Below, in pieces: positions 19,482 through 28,210 of a stretch of 64,000 bases of DNA. The notes under the pieces are model-generated. The model saw only the letters and a program-made list of their open reading frames with translations. It searched no databases and was not told the DNA's origin. The stretch covers positions 16,822 to 80,821 of the forward strand of contig JAYTSY010000011.1 of NCBI GenBank assembly GCA_043745355.1. The letters are read 5' to 3'. Within the stretch, counting starts at the first letter, position 1; the number at the start of each line of letters is the position of its first letter. Source of the stretch: a bacterium (GTDB taxonomy: Bacteria; Patescibacteriota; Minisyncoccia; Phycocordibacterales; CAIZLB01). The translations under genes and the position numbers were made by a program.

Positions 19482-20384
19482 CTATTTTTTGAGCAAAATG
19501 TTAATCGCCTTTGTGACAATCGGCAAAATATCGTTATAAAAATTGAGTGTCAAAATATCCTGCATCTTAAACCACTGTGCATCATCGAGTCCCCCTGAAG
19601 TGCCAAGTGTTAGTGGTCCGTATGATGCTTCAGCTAGGAAGTATTTAACTTGTTTGCGAATTTTTCCTTCTTCGGGGTGAGATGCGACATATTCATTGTT
19701 TGCCAACTCTTCTTGAACGGTGATGTCCACCCCCATTTCTTCCTTAATTTCACGCACTGTTCCCTGCTCTGCATTTTCGTCTCCTTCTAGTTTTCCTTTT
19801 GAAAGCGTCCAATGCCCAAACACATCATGCACCAACGCTAAATAAATTTGTTGACCATCCCGAGCGTAGACCACAGCCCCACCCAGAACCTTGATCGGCA
19901 TTTGATCGAAAGGCACGTCTTTTGGCTTTGTCTTTTTACGCGGTGACTGATCGTCTTTGCCTGGTTCGCCGAGCTCTTTATATACCGCACCGAGCACTCC
20001 GTTTACAAACTTACCAGATGTCTCACCTCCGAATGTTTTAGCGAGTTCGATTGCTTCGTTAATAGCAACTTTTGCAGGCACTTCTGATTTGTCAGCAAAG
20101 AGCAACTCGTAGAGACCAAGTCGGAGTACATTTCTATCAACAATTGAGATTTTTTTGATCGGCCATTCAGGTGCAGCCTTTTCAATAATATTATCGAGAT
20201 CAGTGCGCTTTTTGAGAATGCCGTCGGCTAGATTTTTAACAAAAGAAAAATCGCCCATACCAGGAGCGAACTCTTCAACATTTCTTTCCAACACCTTTGC
20301 GATCATAGAATCCTCGAGACTTCTAAAGTCCCACTCGAAGAGTGATTGCATAACTATTGATCGTGAAAGGTGCCTATTTGCCAT
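19482..20384 (-). CDS. nusB: NusB fused to a C-terminal Nudix hydrolase domain
   Basis: MANRHLSR...VDRNVLRLG...VAINEAIELAKTFG..SGKFVNGVLG, then Nudix box GKLEGDENAEQGTVREIKEEMG. Confidence 0.9.
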   Translation of the reverse strand: MANRHLSRSIVMQSLFEWDFRSLEDSMIAKVLERNVEEFAPGMGDFSFVKNLADGILKKRTDLDNIIEKAAPEWPIKKISIVDRNVLRLGLYELLFADKSEVPAKVAINEAIELAKTFGGETSGKFVNGVLGAVYKELGEPGKDDQSPRKKTKPKDVPFDQMPIKVLGGAVVYARDGQQIYLALVHDVFGHWTLSKGKLEGDENAEQGTVREIKEEMGVDITVQEELANNEYVASHPEEGKIRKQVKYFLAEASYGPLTLGTSGGLDDAQWFKMQDILTLNFYNDILPIVTKAINILLKK

Positions 20385-20450
20385 TGTGGGGACTCGAACT
20401 GAGTACGGATTCAAGTATATCAGACCACTTCACGCTTGACTATCTCTTGA

Positions 20451-20666
20451 TTACTTTGCAGATGTTTTCTTTGCAGCCTTTTTGTCTGCAATAGCCTTCT
20501 TGTCGATGATAGTCTTACCCTTGTATTTACCACACTGTGCACACATAACATGCTTTCGTTTTGGCATTCCGCAATCAGCACAAAGAACAGTACCGCTCGC
20601 AGCTAGTGCGTGGTGACTTCGTCGTGTACCCGTTTGGTTACGGGTATGTCGCATGTGGTTAACCAT
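20451..20666 (-). CDS. rpmF: 50S ribosomal protein L32
   Basis: MVNHMRHTRNQTGTRRSHHAL..CADCG..HVMCAQCGKY; true start taken as ATG 20666, with TATACT 9 nt upstream. Confidence 0.93.
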   Translation of the reverse strand: MVNHMRHTRNQTGTRRSHHALAASGTVLCADCGMPKRKHVMCAQCGKYKGKTIIDKKAIADKKAAKKTSAK

Positions 20667-20704
20667 AGTCCCAACAGTATATATATTTTGCCAAAAAAGG
20701 CAAA

Positions 20705-20746
20705 TGGGGTCAGGCACCGATTTGTCCGGATCGGTGCCTGACCCCA
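20705..20746. repeat. Pair of inverted REP-like units forming a 17-bp stem
   Basis: TGGGGTCAGGCACCGAT ... ATCGGTGCCTGACCCCA. Confidence 0.8.
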
Positions 20747-20752
20747 AATGTG

Positions 20753-20782
20753 AAAAGGGCGGCCGTCGCAGACGGCCGCCCT
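20753..20782 (-). terminator. Intrinsic terminator of the 20797-21489 gene
   Basis: 12-bp GC stem AGGGCGGCCGTC/GACGGCCGCCCT followed by a short T-run on the minus strand. Confidence 0.7.
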
Positions 20783-20796
20783 GTAAACAACTCGAC

Positions 20797-21489
20797 TCAT
20801 TCCTCCAGCTGATCCAAGACCCCCTGAAAAGCAGGATCCGTTGACGCAACCCTGAGAGCAACCCTCAGTGCATGCACGCCTTTGGAGGATAGGCGTTGAA
20901 GCAACCTCTTGCTAATCACCACCTCAAGAGGTGTGTAGAAGATTTCATTGATTCGCTTATGAGTCCGGCGATGATTCAAACTTCCCACGTACCCTTTCAC
21001 AAGGACCACACGAGTATCATCCTCGTCGATGACTGACCGATCCACCAATTCAGCCAACGACATTACCGCCCCGAGCTGTGCATTTACTTTGGCCACAGCA
21101 TGTGTCTGGGCATTTACATCCTCGCTATCGTTGATTTGACTTGGGAAGTAAATTTTTGGCTCATCTTTGCCCATACCGTACGGGACAAACACCACCACAC
21201 TAAATTTTTCCTTCGTCTTCAACAGCCGACGACTGAGAATGACAAAGATGCGATTATGGAAAGGATGTTTCTCAACCACCGCTTCTTGCGAGACTTCATC
21301 CGCCACTTTCGAGACAGGTGCCGTAACCTTCCTGTGTCTCTTTTTGTAATAGCTACTTTCATGACGATGCTTCTCATGCGAAACATGAGGAGCACCTGGC
21401 TCGACCACTGGGTCTGAAGGGACAAGAACAGCTGTGCGTGTACGCGACATTGGAAATAATTCTAAACGCTCAACCAGAGCATGTGCCAT
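20797..21489 (-). CDS. Hypothetical protein
   Basis: 230-aa ORF with its own terminator; no recognised family. Confidence 0.65.
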   Translation of the reverse strand: MAHALVERLELFPMSRTRTAVLVPSDPVVEPGAPHVSHEKHRHESSYYKKRHRKVTAPVSKVADEVSQEAVVEKHPFHNRIFVILSRRLLKTKEKFSVVVFVPYGMGKDEPKIYFPSQINDSEDVNAQTHAVAKVNAQLGAVMSLAELVDRSVIDEDDTRVVLVKGYVGSLNHRRTHKRINEIFYTPLEVVISKRLLQRLSSKGVHALRVALRVASTDPAFQGVLDQLEE

Positions 21490-21557
21490 ATATAAGGTGC
21501 TGAAGCGTTACCAACAATAGGCAGGCATCTTTCGCTTATCCACTAGTGATATTATAT

Positions 21558-22196
21558 TCACTTATCTTTTGGTGCAAGAACTTGGGGGTCTGACCCCAAA
21601 TACGTTTTTCGGTGAACTTCACTTATTCCATGTTTTTTTATTGCTTGCATATGCAATTGCGTGCCATATCCTTTGTGTCTTTCAAAACCATATTGTGGAT
21701 ATTTTCTTGCCATCCGAATCATCAATCGATCACGTTCAACTTTTGCATATATAGAAGCAAATGAAATGATTGGTTCCTTATCATCTCCACCAATAATCGT
21801 TTCTTGATGAATATACTCAGCAGGTACTTTCAAACTACCATCGAGGAGTATCAACACTTCTTCGGGTTTTACGTTCAACTTTTTTAAATTTTTTTGAATT
21901 AAACTTCTGATGCAAACGGCAATTCCTTTTTTATCTATTTCTTTTGCGGAGGCGTAACTTAACTGAAAAGTAATATTATCTTTCAAAACTTCATACCACA
22001 CTTCCCTTCCTTTTTCTGTTAAACGTTTTGAATCACGCAGTTTTGGCAAATCCTTAAATTTATTTACACTTTTTGACTTTAAACGGACATTATCAAATCT
22101 AACCATTGCAGCGCAAACTGCGACAGGACCAGCAACGGGACCACGGCCGACTTCGTCGATGCCGATGAGGTGTTTAAAAGTTTTATATTTTTTCAT
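21558..22196 (-). CDS. rnhB: Ribonuclease HII
   Basis: IGIDEVGRGPVAGPV, LRDSKRL, LLDG, ASIYAKVERD, HKGYGT. Confidence 0.96.
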   Translation of the reverse strand: MKKYKTFKHLIGIDEVGRGPVAGPVAVCAAMVRFDNVRLKSKSVNKFKDLPKLRDSKRLTEKGREVWYEVLKDNITFQLSYASAKEIDKKGIAVCIRSLIQKNLKKLNVKPEEVLILLDGSLKVPAEYIHQETIIGGDDKEPIISFASIYAKVERDRLMIRMARKYPQYGFERHKGYGTQLHMQAIKKHGISEVHRKTYLGSDPQVLAPKDK

Positions 22197-23193
22197 TATT
22201 TATATTATAAATCAGATGGATCTTCTTTCTTATTCTATATGTATTTCCATGGCTGATTAAGCCAATGTAAGACTGAATGGTTTCCTTACTCTGGTTTACT
22301 TTAAGCCTTGAAAACATTCTTCTTTTGGTTGCAGTCCTCAATATCTTACAATGAGGAAAATGTACCCAGCCCAAGAAGTCTACTCCTGAAGCATAGGTTT
22401 TTATAAACACTTTATCAGGGTGTAACTCAAGTTTCAGTTTATTACTCAGGAACGCATCGATATTTAAAAGTATTAAATCAAGACTTTTTCTATCACTATC
22501 CATAAACACAAAATCATCGGCATAGCGTATATAAAACTTTGATTTAATGATGTGCTTGACGAACTGGTCAAATTCATTCATGTAGATGTTTACCAATAAT
22601 TGCGATGTGAGATTACCAAGCGGTAATCCTTTGCCATGTTCAGTAGTATGAAAGCTATCTATTATCTGCATAAGTAACCATGTGATATTTTTATCTGGTA
22701 TGTATTTACTTAATATTTCAATAAGAATTTTATGGTCAATTGAAGCAAAAAACTTCTTAATATCACACTTTAGGATCCATACTGTACATGTATTATTTTT
22801 ACTCACCTTGCGAGCATATATATCAAAACTTTTTATAGCCTCATGTGTCCCCTTACCTATTCTGCATGAATACGAATCGTAAATAAATCTCTTATCAAAA
22901 TAGGGGTACAATTTTCTATATAAAGCATGATGCAGTAACCTATCCCTCACCTTCGCTTTATGGATGTTTCTCGGCTTTGGGTCTGAAATATTAAATGCTT
23001 CGTAAACTGAATGTATATATGTTTTATCAGCCAAATCATTGTGAAGCGAGATTATGTTAGACATCAGATTCCTCTCAAATTCTTGAACATCTTTTCGGCT
23101 TTTCTTGCCCAAGACGAACCCATTCCATGCTTCAAGCAGGTTTTCTAAAGAGATGATATGCTCGTATGTACTATCAAATTTAGTGACTGACAT
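22183..23193 (-). CDS. DGR reverse transcriptase
   Basis: KPRNI..AKVRDRLLHHAL, DSYSCRIGKG, KCDIKKFFASID, GLPLGNLTSQ (DGR-type LGxxxSQ), YIRYADDF, DFLG. Confidence 0.95.
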   Translation of the reverse strand: MSVTKFDSTYEHIISLENLLEAWNGFVLGKKSRKDVQEFERNLMSNIISLHNDLADKTYIHSVYEAFNISDPKPRNIHKAKVRDRLLHHALYRKLYPYFDKRFIYDSYSCRIGKGTHEAIKSFDIYARKVSKNNTCTVWILKCDIKKFFASIDHKILIEILSKYIPDKNITWLLMQIIDSFHTTEHGKGLPLGNLTSQLLVNIYMNEFDQFVKHIIKSKFYIRYADDFVFMDSDRKSLDLILLNIDAFLSNKLKLELHPDKVFIKTYASGVDFLGWVHFPHCKILRTATKRRMFSRLKVNQSKETIQSYIGLISHGNTYRIRKKIHLIYNINNEKI

Positions 23194-23224
23194 ATCATGA
23201 AATCTACCCCCCCCCCGAGAATTT

Positions 23225-23593
23225 TTGCAACAACCTAAACTACTCCCTCTATTACAGAAAGTAAAAACTGTATATATCTTGTGGTACGGCTATTATCAGA
23301 CACTGCCGAAGCTACACAGACACTCACTTGGACAACGAATTGACTCCCTTTTTATAGAAACAATGGAAGCAATCAGTGTGGCGAGTTTTTTACAAAAAGA
23401 AGAAAAATTGCCGTGGGTAAAAGTGGCCATACGAAAGATTGACACTGTAAAACTATTACTTATGGTACTTTGGGAGACTAAATCACTCGATGAAAAGAAA
23501 TACATCTTGCTATCTCTTCAACTAGAAGAGATCGGGAAAATGCTTGGTGGTTGGAATGGTCAGATTTCAAAACAAAACTCCCCCGCCATATAG
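23225..23593 (+). CDS. avd: DGR accessory variability determinant (Avd-like four-helix bundle); likely true ATG at 23197 is out of frame
   Basis: LPKLHRHSLGQRI...KIDTVKLLL...EEIGKMLGGW pattern; sits between TR and RT. Confidence 0.85.
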   Translation: MQQPKLLPLLQKVKTVYILWYGYYQTLPKLHRHSLGQRIDSLFIETMEAISVASFLQKEEKLPWVKVAIRKIDTVKLLLMVLWETKSLDEKKYILLSLQLEEIGKMLGGWNGQISKQNSPAI

Positions 23594-23602
23594 GCAGAGG
23601 AG
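23572..23602 (-). other. Hairpin plus U-rich tract just downstream of TR (spacer structure or terminator)
   Basis: CTCCTCTGCC-TATAT-GGCGGGGGAG-TTTTGTTTT; two G:U pairs favour the minus strand; overlaps the avd stop. Confidence 0.6.
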
Positions 23603-23614
23603 AGATGAAGAGAT

Positions 23615-23742
23615 TTGCGACGGAAGATCCAGAGGTTGTCAGGATTCCACTGATTGTCGGGGTTGGCATAATTGGCGTTGAGCCACATGCCATTCGAGTC
23701 GTGTTCGAGGTTGAACACGTTTGGATTACGGTCGGAGTCGAT
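23615..23742 (-). repeat. DGR template repeat (TR), 128 bp
   Basis: Ungapped match to 24121-24248 with 18 mismatches, all at A on the minus strand of this copy; rich in AAY codons. Confidence 0.96.
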
Positions 23743-23984
23743 TGTGCATTGTCCCATCTTTTCCACCACCACTTGATTACTCTCGTGGTTGTATTTTATT
23801 CGTGATCTATAATCACAGAGGACTATGCACCAAGTATCTTCATTTTTTGAAGTGTCTACATACACCACTCTACCCTAAACCTTGGTCGAGAATATTCTGG
23901 ATGTATGGATACTGGATTCGGTAGGAAGAAACCGTGATCTCTCCCGTATTCACCTACTACCGTTTTTAACTTTATCATAAATAC

Positions 23985-24013
23985 AAAAATCCCGAACACG
24001 TATTGTGTTCGGG
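23985..24013 (-). terminator. Hairpin/terminator downstream of the DGR target gene
   Basis: CCCGAACAC-N5-GTGTTCGGG followed by ATTTT on the minus strand. Confidence 0.6.
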
Positions 24014-24104
24014 GGCAGGTTTAGAGATGTACCTTGCTTTAACTTACTTTTGGCGCCGAAGGGCAAAGTTCAAAGGGTCAGAGTAGACCACAGTGGACAA
24101 GTCC

Positions 24105-24788
24105 TTAGGGCTTAGTGATCTTGCGACGGAAGATCCAGAGGCGGTCAGGATCCCACTGAAGGCCGGGGTAGGCACAATTGGCGCGGAGCCACATGCCAAG
24201 CGAGTCGTGTCCGAGGCGGAACACGTCCGGATCACGGTCGGAGTCGATGATTGGCTTCATGCCGACACGAATCCATTCGTCCAAAGGTTGGTCGTTGTAG
24301 GCGAGCCTCAGGTAGAATGCGTCGCTCGGTTTGCACAGCTCAAGCCCATGCTGTGCCAAGAACTCTTCGTTGAGGAAGACTTGTGTCTCCGTGTTCTCAT
24401 CTAACCCGAACAGATCGTGGAGGCTTCCCTTCACGAACTCCACCCCCTCTTCTTTCTCGGTCGGGAACGTGCATTCGGGCTTGCCTGCGATGTCGAGGGC
24501 CCAGTCGCTGGCTTTCATGCCCGTCTTTGTTCCGTCTTTGACCTTGTAGGTCGCCTCCTTGAACTTGGAGAGAAGCTGTTCTTTGGTGTCTCCACCGACG
24601 ATCAGCATCATCCAGAGCTTGAGGGCGGCCTCCTTGATCAATTGAATGAGGGTTTGAGGTTGCATCCGAAGTGCGAGCTTGACTGCTTCCAGCCAGCTTG
24701 CACCGTTTTTGCCCGACAGTTTGTCGAGCAGGACTTTCATCGGTCCAGCCACATCGGCAAGAGCGATATCCGAGCATATATTACTCAT
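24105..24788 (-). CDS. DGR target (variable) protein with C-terminal VR
   Basis: 227-aa ORF whose last ~47 codons contain the VR; no signal peptide seen; visibly GC-richer than RT/avd. Confidence 0.92.
   Translation of the reverse strand: MSNICSDIALADVAGPMKVLLDKLSGKNGASWLEAVKLALRMQPQTLIQLIKEAALKLWMMLIVGGDTKEQLLSKFKEATYKVKDGTKTGMKASDWALDIAGKPECTFPTEKEEGVEFVKGSLHDLFGLDENTETQVFLNEEFLAQHGLELCKPSDAFYLRLAYNDQPLDEWIRVGMKPIIDSDRDPDVFRLGHDSLGMWLRANCAYPGLQWDPDRLWIFRRKITKP
24121..24248 (-). repeat. DGR variable repeat (VR)
   Basis: Encodes IDSDRDPDVFRLGHDSLGMWLRANCAYPGLQWDPDRLWIFRR versus TR IDSDRNPNVFNLEHDSNGMWLNANYANPDNQWNPDNLWIFRR. Confidence 0.96.
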
Positions 24789-24994
24789 GGTCAGTTTGTC
24801 TTTCTTGGTTTCTAACGTTTTGAATGCTGTATTGGTTTGGCCAAAGGTTTCACCACAGCAGAGAAAATCCTTAAAGATCCTCTATGCTGAGGTGAAATCG
24901 CATTTTTTCAAAGTCCTAAACTATTCGTAGTATATCACTTTTGATACAAAAAGTCAATATCCTTAACTTTCCATAAAAAACATATAATGAATCA

Positions 24995-27900
24995 ATGAGC
25001 TCACGCTTCGTCCACCTCCACACACACTCTCATTATAGCTTGCTCCAGGCCCTTCCTAAAATCAAAGCCCTCGTCAAAGCCGCCGTTGACCGTGGCATGC
25101 CCGCGCTCGCACTCACCGACGCTGGCAATATGTATGGTGCTATCGAATTCTACAAGGAATGTCAGAAGCAAGGTATCAAACCAATACTCGGTGTAGATTT
25201 TTACGTTGCTGCTCGTACCCGCAGGGACAAAGAACCCCGCATTGACAACAGACGTTCGCGTCTCGTTGTTTTAGCAAAAAATATTGCCGGGTACAAAAAC
25301 CTTATCAAACTTGTCACCGATTCCCAACTCGAAGGTTTCTACTACAAGCCACGTATCGACAAAGAACTGATTGAAAAATACCACGAAGGACTTGTAGTCA
25401 TTAGTCCGTCATTTAGCGGAGAGTTGATGCAATCAATTAAAGCTTCAAATACTGAAAACGCCAAAACGATCGCAGATTGGTACAAAAATATATTCGGTGA
25501 TGACTTCTACATGGAGATCACACATCATCCAGAACTCGACGGTCATGAAGCAAATATGAAAAAGCTAATCGACTTTGCTAAGACAGAAAACATTCCCCTT
25601 GTCGCAGCGCATGATACCTATTATCTGAACCGTGAGGATAAAGCCGCGAGAGAAACACTTGTCTCCATTCAGGACCAGTTTAGCGAGCGAAATACTGATG
25701 ACGAAGCAGACTTTTCTTTCATTACTCCCAATGAAGCTGAAGAATTTTTCAAAGACATTCCTGAATCACTCGACAATTGCCAGAAAATTGCTGAGAAGTG
25801 CAACCTCGAACTCGAACTCGGTAAATGGCTCTTCCCGGACTTCATTGTTGAGAGTGGTAAGAGCGCCGACGACGAATTGCATGATCTTGCATATGCAGGG
25901 CTTGAACGTCGGCGCGTGGAACTCACACCCGATGTCAAAGAACGCCTCGACTATGAACTCCAAGTTATCAAAACAAAAGGTTACTCACCCTACTTCCTCA
26001 CCGTAGCCGACCTCCTCGCTTATGCTCACAAGCACGGCATTCTCACCAACATTCGAGGGTCCGTCGCGGGTTCCATGACCACATATCTCACAGGTATTAC
26101 CAATGTAAACCCTCTTGAATACAAATTACCGTTCGAACGATTTTTAAATCCTGAGCGACCTTCAGCGCCGGACATCGATATGGATTTTGCGGACAACAGG
26201 CGCGATGAAATGATCGAATATTCTCGTCAGAAATATGGTCGTGACAAAGTAGCACAAATCGGAACATTCGGAACCATGATGGCGAGAGGTGCAGTGCGTG
26301 ACGTTGCACGTGCGATGAAATTCCCCTATACGCTGGGAGACAGGATTGCCAAACTCATTCCCATGGGTCAACAAGGTTTTGCAATGACCATCGATCGAGC
26401 ACTCGACATGACACCTGAGCTGAAAGACATGTATGAAAAAGAAGCGGATGTGAAATCAGTGATTGATATGGCTAAAAAAATCGAAGGATGTGCTCGGCAT
26501 ATTTCCGTGCACGCTGCGGGTGTTGTCATCTCCCCCATTCCACTCACCGATATCGTTCCCCTTCAGCTTGATCCAAAAAGTAATGGTGAAGACGGCTCGA
26601 CACGTATCATCACCCAGTACGATATGCGATCTGTTGATGAAAATAATGCCGGACTGCTCAAATTCGATTTTCTTGGAATTAAAAACCTCTCACAACTTGC
26701 AGATGCAGTCTCGCTCGCTGAAATAATTGAAGGTGTCAAAGTAGATCTCGAAAATATTCCGATCGATGACAAGAGGACATACGAAATGCTCGCTCGCGGT
26801 GAGACCGAAGGCCTTTTCCAATTGAACGGAAGTGGCATGACTCGCTATCTCAAGGAGCTCAAACCAAGTTCAATTCATGACATCAATGCTATGGTTGCTC
26901 TCTATCGTCCAGGCCCAATGGAAACTATTCCTGAATATATTAAACGAAAAAACGATCCGTCGCTCATAAAATACGAAGATCCTCGTATGGAAAAATTCCT
27001 CAAAGAATCATATGGCCTCATTGTGTACCAAGACGATCTCCTCTTCTGTGCTATCGACCTCGCTGGATATTCATGGCTCGAGGCTGATAAATTCCGAAAA
27101 GCGGTAGGTAAAAAGATTCGCGAAGAAATGGCGGCGCAAAAAGAGAAACTAACAAAAGGCATTGTTGCAAACGGCCAAACAAAAAAGTTTGCGGAACATC
27201 TCTGGAAACTCTTCGAGCCGTTTCAGGCGTATGGGTTTAATAAGGCCCACGCGGCAAGTTACGGACGTCTCGCCTATCAAACTGCATACATGAAAGCCAA
27301 TTTCCCTGCTATTTATATGGCAGCGGTTTTGACAGGAGCGCACGGTGATGTAGAAGAAATCTCAATCTATATCAATGAATGTAAGCGCATGAAAATCCCC
27401 GTCCTCCCTCCAAACATCAATGAATCATTCGGAAATTTCACCGTCATAAAAGGCGGCGGTATGGATGCGAGTGGCAACCCAATCCCTGACAAGATCCGAT
27501 TCGGACTTTTCAGTATCAAAAACTTTGGTGAAGGCATTGGCAACACGATTATCGAGGAGCGAAAAAAGAACGGCAAATATAAATCTCTCGAGGATTTTCT
27601 GAACCGTATCAAAGACAAAAATCTCAATAAGAAATCACTCGAGGCACTCGTCAAAGCCGGAGCAATGGATGAGTTTGCAGATCGAGGTGTCATGCTTGCG
27701 AACCTCCCTGATATTCTTGAATACAATAAAGAACAACACAAACAAAGTGAAAATCAGGACTCCCTCTTCGGACTTGGCGGTACAGGTGAGAGTCACTTGC
27801 GACTTGTGGCCGAGGGTAAAGCCACACAGAGTGAGAAACTCGCCTGGGAAAAAGAATTGCTCGGACTTTATATTACAGGGCATCCGCTCGATAAGTACAA

Positions 27901-28210
27901 AGAAATACTTGAAAAACGAGATATCAATATTGAGAAAATAAAAGAAGAAGCTAAAGATGAAAAAGTATACATTCTTGCTGGCATCATTGAAGAAGCAAAG
28001 GAGATCATTACAAAAAAGGACTCAAAACGTATGATGTTTCTGCGTATTGCTGACCTCTCAGGATCAGTTGAGGCCGTGGTGTTTCCTAAAACTTATGAAC
28101 TTTATAAAGACGTACTCGTGCCTGAAAAATGCATTGTCGTTAAGTGTAAATTCTCAGACAGAAATGGTAGTCCGAGTTTGTTGATTGAGACGGTGAAGGC
28201 ACTAGCTTGA
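24995..28210 (+). CDS. dnaE: DNA polymerase III alpha subunit
   Basis: PHP domain FVHLHTHSHYSLL, RGSVAGS, PDIDMD, HAAGVVIS, KFDFLG, YGFNKAHA. Confidence 0.98.
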   Translation: MSSRFVHLHTHSHYSLLQALPKIKALVKAAVDRGMPALALTDAGNMYGAIEFYKECQKQGIKPILGVDFYVAARTRRDKEPRIDNRRSRLVVLAKNIAGYKNLIKLVTDSQLEGFYYKPRIDKELIEKYHEGLVVISPSFSGELMQSIKASNTENAKTIADWYKNIFGDDFYMEITHHPELDGHEANMKKLIDFAKTENIPLVAAHDTYYLNREDKAARETLVSIQDQFSERNTDDEADFSFITPNEAEEFFKDIPESLDNCQKIAEKCNLELELGKWLFPDFIVESGKSADDELHDLAYAGLERRRVELTPDVKERLDYELQVIKTKGYSPYFLTVADLLAYAHKHGILTNIRGSVAGSMTTYLTGITNVNPLEYKLPFERFLNPERPSAPDIDMDFADNRRDEMIEYSRQKYGRDKVAQIGTFGTMMARGAVRDVARAMKFPYTLGDRIAKLIPMGQQGFAMTIDRALDMTPELKDMYEKEADVKSVIDMAKKIEGCARHISVHAAGVVISPIPLTDIVPLQLDPKSNGEDGSTRIITQYDMRSVDENNAGLLKFDFLGIKNLSQLADAVSLAEIIEGVKVDLENIPIDDKRTYEMLARGETEGLFQLNGSGMTRYLKELKPSSIHDINAMVALYRPGPMETIPEYIKRKNDPSLIKYEDPRMEKFLKESYGLIVYQDDLLFCAIDLAGYSWLEADKFRKAVGKKIREEMAAQKEKLTKGIVANGQTKKFAEHLWKLFEPFQAYGFNKAHAASYGRLAYQTAYMKANFPAIYMAAVLTGAHGDVEEISIYINECKRMKIPVLPPNINESFGNFTVIKGGGMDASGNPIPDKIRFGLFSIKNFGEGIGNTIIEERKKNGKYKSLEDFLNRIKDKNLNKKSLEALVKAGAMDEFADRGVMLANLPDILEYNKEQHKQSENQDSLFGLGGTGESHLRLVAEGKATQSEKLAWEKELLGLYITGHPLDKYKEILEKRDINIEKIKEEAKDEKVYILAGIIEEAKEIITKKDSKRMMFLRIADLSGSVEAVVFPKTYELYKDVLVPEKCIVVKCKFSDRNGSPSLLIETVKALA

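Larger units (their letters stand above)
22183..24788. mobile_element. Diversity-generating retroelement (target/VR - TR - avd - RT)
   Basis: RT, Avd and a TR/VR pair with adenine-specific mismatches are all present. Confidence 0.95.

Noticed and set aside
20385-20405. T-arm-like GTTCGAGTCCCC in the nusB leader
   Set aside because: No acceptor, D or anticodon arm can be built around it, and it is too short to call.
20667-20861. Long N-terminal extension of L32 in the ORF track (similar extensions for pheS, rpsB, nusB and tktC)
   Set aside because: The extensions cross terminators, REP hairpins or promoters. Downstream ATGs match the family starts and, in several cases, the local -10 spacing.
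22183-23193. RT as a group II intron, retron or Abi RT
   Set aside because: It is short, has no maturase/endonuclease extension, carries the LGxxxSQ motif, and comes with Avd and an A-specific TR/VR pair.
23560-23868. 102-aa minus-strand ORF resembling the target C-terminus, plus the plus-strand ORFs 23551-23805 and 24093-24404
   Set aside because: This is the TR read in the VR frame and its antisense shadows. TR is an RNA template, so it is not called as a paralogous gene.
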